From Felis catus (Eukaryota), in assembly GCF_018350175.1 (NCBI RefSeq), contig NC_058381.1:21638001-21702000 (forward strand): a stretch of DNA of 64,000 nucleotides. The letters are read 5' to 3'. The notes under the pieces are model-generated. The model worked only from the letters and a program-made list of their open reading frames with translations. It was not told the DNA's origin and searched no databases. This document shows positions 59,040-64,000 of this stretch, one piece after another. A program made the translations under genes and the position numbers. Numbering within the stretch: position 1 is the stretch's first letter; each line of letters starts with the position of its first letter.

Positions 59040-59440
59040 GCAGGCAGTGGCTCTGTCACTGAACACTTGCACGGCCTTGGACTGCACACTTAACCTCTCT
59101 AAATTTCAGTTTTCTGAGCTGAAAATGGGGATGATTGTAGCCCCATATCATCCCCTGTTGGGATAATGGAACGATCACATTTTGTTTTTTATTACTTTTA
59201 ATGTTTATTTATTTTTGAGAGGGCGAGAGGTGGGGGGAGAAAATGAATAGGGGAGGGCCACAGAGAGAGGAGAACAGAGGATCTGAAGCAGGCTCCATGC
59301 TGACAGCAGAGAGCCCGCTGCGGGGCTCAATCCCACGGGTGAGATCATGACCTGAGCCGAAGTCAGACACTTAACCGACTGAGCCACCCAGGTGCCCCGG
59401 AATGATCACCTTTTAAATGTCTGCTACACAGGGGCCGCTT
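59040..59440 (+). mobile_element. MIR interrupted by a Can-SINE
   Basis: GGCTCTGTCACT...CCTTGG..CACTTAACCTCTCT...TCAGTTTTCT...AAAATGGGGATGAT. Confidence 0.7.
59184..59398 (-). mobile_element. Can-SINE
   Basis: TSD GGAACGATCACATTTT / GGAATGATCACCTTTT. Confidence 0.95.
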
Positions 59441-59799
59441 ACATGTTTGGATTCTTCCTCCCCACCCTCATCTTTCTCATGAGGTTCATATACATGATTA
59501 AAATGACCTCACATATCCAGTATACGAAAGTGAGTATCTTATCAAAAGTTGTAACAAGGAATTATAAACTCTGACGAAGTGTCATGCAGATCTGAATAAA
59601 AGGCTTTGAGGATGAGGCCATGTTATTTCAGAACCCTGGCTGCCTCCAATCTTACCAAAGCTCCTATCAATATTTAGTCCATTAGCTAAAACGGACTTTT
59701 TCTTCTTCCATGACTTTTGAATTAAAGGAGACTCTGGAGAATTCATGCAAGACCTCCCTGCTGCTTTCCAAGTGACAGATAAAATGTCTAATATTCCAT

Positions 59800-60017
59800 G
59801 GGGCGGCAGGGTGGCTCAGTCGGTTAAACGTCCGACTCTTGCTTTGGGCTCAGGTCATGATCTCGCGGTTCACAGTGTGAGCCCTGCGTTGGGCTCTAGG
59901 CTAATAGCTCGGAGTTTACTTGGGATCCTCTTTCTCCCCCTCTTTCTGTCTCTCCCCCTCTCATGCTATCTCTCTCTTCTCTCTCTCTCTCTTAATAAAT
60001 AAATAGACTTTAAAAAA
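59800..60017 (+). mobile_element. Can-SINE (older)
   Basis: TSD TGTCTAATATTCCA / TGTCTAAGATTCCA. Confidence 0.93.
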
Positions 60018-61274
60018 GGTGTCTAAGATTCCAAAAGCCAAGGTGACAGCTGGGGACAAAGGGCATAAACAAAATGACCTAAACTGGATACTGAAAGAGC
60101 ATAAAAGGCCTCCATGTCTGGGCCCAGTGAGCACAGGCTTTTCAGACAAGTTCTGGATTTGCACCCTTTCTCCTGTGGGAACGTGGTGCAGGTTCCTGGG
60201 AGTCAGCTCTCCCGAGTTGGAGTCTGTGGCAAGGAACTCAGTAGACAAGGACAGTAAGCAGTGGCCAAGTGGCCAGTGCCCAAGCCTGGCTGGAGTGCTT
60301 GCCCAGCTCTCTACTACTGGCCAACGTCCACCTGCTTTGCCGCCCAGTCCTGCCGGGGGCTGACTTGATGAGCTATTTCCCCTACCCAGGGTGTGTCCCC
60401 TATGGCAGAAGCCTCACTAATAGCTCTGACGGCCAAGCCCTTGACCATCACCTTGTTCTGTTGAGTCTCACCTGCAGAGAGAGTGGGGCTGGTGACAATG
60501 GGTGAGTTAGTGCTGGATTCAGCAGGTACATGGAGATGTGATGCCACCTCTCCGTAATGAATATTTGTCAGTCAGCTTAACTGGGATTTCCAATCTGACT
60601 CCTTTCAAAGTGGGATGTTTGCTGTTAAACACACATGCACACCCACCCACACACAACAACACTATTTCTTTCACAGCCTCTACCTGTGAGCAGCTTGGAT
60701 TCCTGGTGATCACTTCTAGGAGCCTCAGTTTCTCTCCAGCGACCTGATCCTCCAAAGCAGAGTCCAGATGGCCCGGAAAGTCTGGCTTTTGAAACCTACC
60801 CACGTCACCTTCTCCCACCCCAGACAATTTCATCCCGGCTCTCCGGGCACCTAGCGAGTTCTAATTTCCCCCAGGCCTTCCCAGGGGCTGTGCAGAAAAG
60901 TCCCAAGTTCAGCCAGGCACATGTAAACCCAGGTACCTAGAGGATTTGGAACAGCTCTGAGGACCTCTTTGTATCCTTCCCCAGAAGTAGAGACCTCTGG
61001 GAGGCACCTGGTGGGGAAGAAAGAGGAGCCTCAAAGGAGCAGTGTTCTATTAGCTTCTAGTAATAGGTTCCCCAGCGTCCAGCCAGAGGCTCCATATTTT
61101 ACCTCTCCCTGCAGCCCTCAGCCCGCCCTTTCCTGCCCACGCCTGGGCACGCATAAACTGCAGAAATGAGACTAATCTTGTTCCCTAGGTACATGCTCCT
61201 CCCTTCTCTACTCCAGACAGCTTCCAGGGTACCACAGTGCCCTCAGCTAGCAACGGTCAACTAGACACAGTCCA

Positions 61275-61830
61275 TTCTCCCTGTTAATTCATCAACTAGC
61301 ATTCCTGAAGAGCCCTTATCTGCTGAGGACAAAGAGGAGAATGGACTTGCCTCTGCTCTTGAGGATGGGCTAGAGGGTGAGGCAGATGAGCAAATGGACA
61401 AGAACAAAGCCCTGTGGTGCATGCTAGTATAGAGAGAAACACAAGGATGGGAGCCCAATGGAGGGGAGTGTGGGANNNNNNNNNNNNNNNNNNNNNNNNN
61501 NNNNNNNNNNNNNNNNNNNNNNNNNNNNNNNNNNNNNNNNNNNNNNNNNNNNNNNNNNNNNNNNNNNNNNNNNNNNNNNNNNNNNNNNNNNNNNNNNNNN
61601 NNNNNNNNNNNNNNNNNNNNNNNNNNNNNNNNNNNNNNNNNNNNNNNNNNNNNNNNNNNNNNNNNNNNNNNNNNNNNNNNNNNNNNNNNNNNNNNNNNNN
61701 NNNNNNNNNNNNNNNNNNNNNNNNNNNNNNNNNNNNNNNNNNNNNNNNNNGGGCATAGGAGGGTTGTGGGGGTGGAAAGTGTGGGGAACATTCCAGGCTG
61801 AGGGAGACGCAAATGCACACATATATGGAC
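61275..61830 (-). mobile_element. L2 fragment spanning a gap
   Basis: ATTCATCAACTAGCATTCCTGA...TTGCCTCTGCTCTTGAG; GAACATTCCAGGCTGAGGGA..CAAATGCA. Confidence 0.55.
61476..61750. other. assembly gap
   Basis: run of N. Confidence 1.
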
Positions 61831-63204
61831 AAACAGAAGGGCAGCTCTCTCCGGGAGCCCTATGAGCTTTGCGCACTGTCCCCACTGGACGGAAGAGAGG
61901 ACTGAGCTCCGGGGCCCCACAGCCAGCCACCTGCAGGGCCGGGGCTCATTCCAGTACACGCCCTGCCTTTCCAGGAAAAGGGCTGGCCACATTGCCAGAG
62001 GTGCGGCTGCTAAAATAAAGCGCAGTCACTGCTGCCTTTGCCAAAAAACCCATTAGACTGGCGATCCGATGAGCTAACTGGGCGTACGAGCTCTTTCCAA
62101 AGAGGACAGGAATGGGTTACTGCTAGAAGTGAAACAAGCCTCCTCAAGCAGCGGGGTCTACTTTCCATCCTCAGCAACAATAAATACACGATTAAGGGGC
62201 AAACAACCCCGGTTACCCGGTGGGGTGAGGGTCTCCCCTATTCTTCTCCCGACGCTGTCGGCCCCTTGGGTCACACGCCTCTTGTTCCTCTGCCATCCTT
62301 TGAATAAGCCACTGCCTGGGGGACGTGAGCATGTCAGCCTCTGTTCCCAGGTCGGGGAGGGATGTCGTAACCTGACAGCAACAGAGGCGGGCGCTGAGAT
62401 GCCATCCACCTTCCCCGCCTCAAAGCAGGCTCGCTTTAGAATGCTCTCAGGGATCTCTCACTAATCTTTTTATCTGGATATTTATACAACGTTCTGCGGA
62501 GCCAACTGCCTGCTGGTTTTCTAAAAGAACAGAAATGACAACGTCAGCATTTCATGTACCCAGTAATTCCCAAATGCCTCGCTCCCCCAAGGCATCCCAG
62601 GCGGCGGCTGGGTGCGCAGATGAGGTGGGGGGAGAGGCTCTCGGGAGGGGGACAGGCTCCAGTCCAGGGTCCAGGGCCCACGGTGTTATCGGGCACGGCT
62701 GTCTACTCAGGGACTCTGCCAAGCAAAACAGGAGGACACAGGAAGGGGGGGTGATATGTGCCAACGAGCACATGATATGCCTGTTATCCTCACGGCAGGT
62801 AGACAGTGCTGTGACTCCGCAGCTGAGGAAGCTGAGGCTTTGAGAGGCGCTAACACATTTGGTGAAGTAACACATCCCGGATGTGGCAGAGTCTGCCCAC
62901 TGGTTGATTCCTGGACTATTTCTGCATTCGTGTTTCTGACAACGAGCCCAATTTTCACAACGGGTTGGTGCTAACGTCAAGAGTAGAGCCTGGATCCTCG
63001 GTCTTCTACGCTAGTGAATAAAGGCGCTCATTCTTTACCACCCTCATTCACAAACTCACAGCCGGGGCTGACTCTGGGCTGGATCCTGTGCTTAGCCGGC
63101 ACCCTCTGGGAGCTCCGTAGTCAAAACCAGATGGGGAAGCAGAGGGGGAGCTCCTGGGAGTAACCTGCTGCCCCGGGACACGGCCTGGGAGCTGGTGGTA
63201 ACCC

Positions 63205-63390
63205 TTCCAAGTGACCCAACAGGTCACTGTCATTCCCACTTTGTAGTGGAGGAAGCTGAGGGGTCAGAGGTGCCGAGTGACTTGCTAAAGGTCACATGGT
63301 CAGTAAGCGATCAAAGCAGGATCCAGGCCCAGGTCTTGTCTCAGGCCAAAGTCTGCTCTCCTAAGAAAAACATGCTATTTGCTGCCACGG
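63205..63390 (-). mobile_element. MIR
   Basis: TCATTCCCACTTTGTAGTGGAGGAAGCTGAGG.TCAGAGG...GTGACTTGCTAAAGGTCACATGG. Confidence 0.8.
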
Positions 63391-63479
63391 CTCAGGCGTG
63401 GGTGGGAATCATGGGAATCAGGGATCACTTTCCTGGGAAGTGATCTTAACTGATTATGGAAGGTTGATTCAGAGTCAAC

Positions 63480-63838
63480 TGAGAGAAGAAAGGGAATGTC
63501 AGATATCCCAGAAGACTGCATCAGAGGCTGGGAACAGAAGAACAGAAAACTCTGAGTCAGGAGTAAGCAGGTCTCAGGCAAGGAAATCTCTTCATGCCCT
63601 GCAAAAGGGTTCAGATTCTATCTGAAAGGCAATAGGGAGCCAAGAAGGACTATATTCAAAGGAGGAGCTGGCATGATTTGCATTTGAGGAAGGTCACTTT
63701 TGCCACAGCGTGGGTTGGGTGAAGGCAGGTCCGGAGGCGGAGAGATCCGTGGGTGCCACCACAGTCCAGAGCAGTTGCAAAGGCAGAGGCAGTAGCGACA
63801 CAAAGTGAGTTTTGAATTCAGACGTGTTAGAGGTTATG
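63480..63838 (-). mobile_element. L2 fragment
   Basis: GATTCTATCTGAAAGGCAATAGGGAGCCA..AAGG...GGCATGATTTGCATTTGAGGAAGGTCACT. Confidence 0.65.
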
Positions 63839-63839
63839 C

Positions 63840-63864
63840 TTTTTTTTTTTTTTTTTTTTTTTTT
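63840..63864. repeat. poly-T run
   Basis: about 25 T. Confidence 0.95.
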
Positions 63865-64000
63865 GCCAGAAACACATCCCGAAAGACACGGCCCTTCACT
63901 TACCACAGTCTAATCGTGCCTACCATCCTTCCATTACTGTTCCCGCCGGATGCTCCAAATAAGCGGGGATTCTGTGCAGGGGGGTTTGGGAGTCAGTTTC

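Noticed and set aside
9167-63684. About ten octamer (ATGCAAAT/ATTTGCAT) matches
   Set aside because: They are dispersed, some lie inside repeats, and the motif is common in mammalian DNA; enrichment cannot be claimed without a background count

Overview
Non-coding mammalian DNA, almost certainly from a felid. The evidence is 26 tRNA-derived Can-SINEs of the feline type, three of them young CpG-rich SINEC_Fc-like copies, plus a 5'-truncated feline L1 3' end with a perfect 15-bp TSD. These overlie older eutherian repeats: MIR, L2, hAT/Charlie MITEs (MER3, MER5A, MER20, MER58, Charlie1-like) and MaLR/ERVL solo LTRs. The window also holds microsatellites and five assembly gaps. I recognise no protein-coding exon, RNA gene, CRISPR array or prokaryotic-type system, and the listed ORFs look like chance or repeat-derived frames. 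The window is intronic or intergenic, and I cannot name the locus. I found no demonstrable new biological system. The best leads are: (i) two SINEs enclosed by a single 16-bp TSD, possibly co-mobilised as a dimer, with a third young SINE nested inside; (ii) reuse of a SINE target site; (iii) a 61-bp perfect purine-pyrimidine alternation (Z-DNA candidate); (iv) a near-consensus CTCF motif beside the L1 insertion; (v) several repeat-free blocks dense in transcription-factor motifs that may be enhancers. Repeat family names come from my recall of consensus sequences, and the boundaries of old repeats are approximate.
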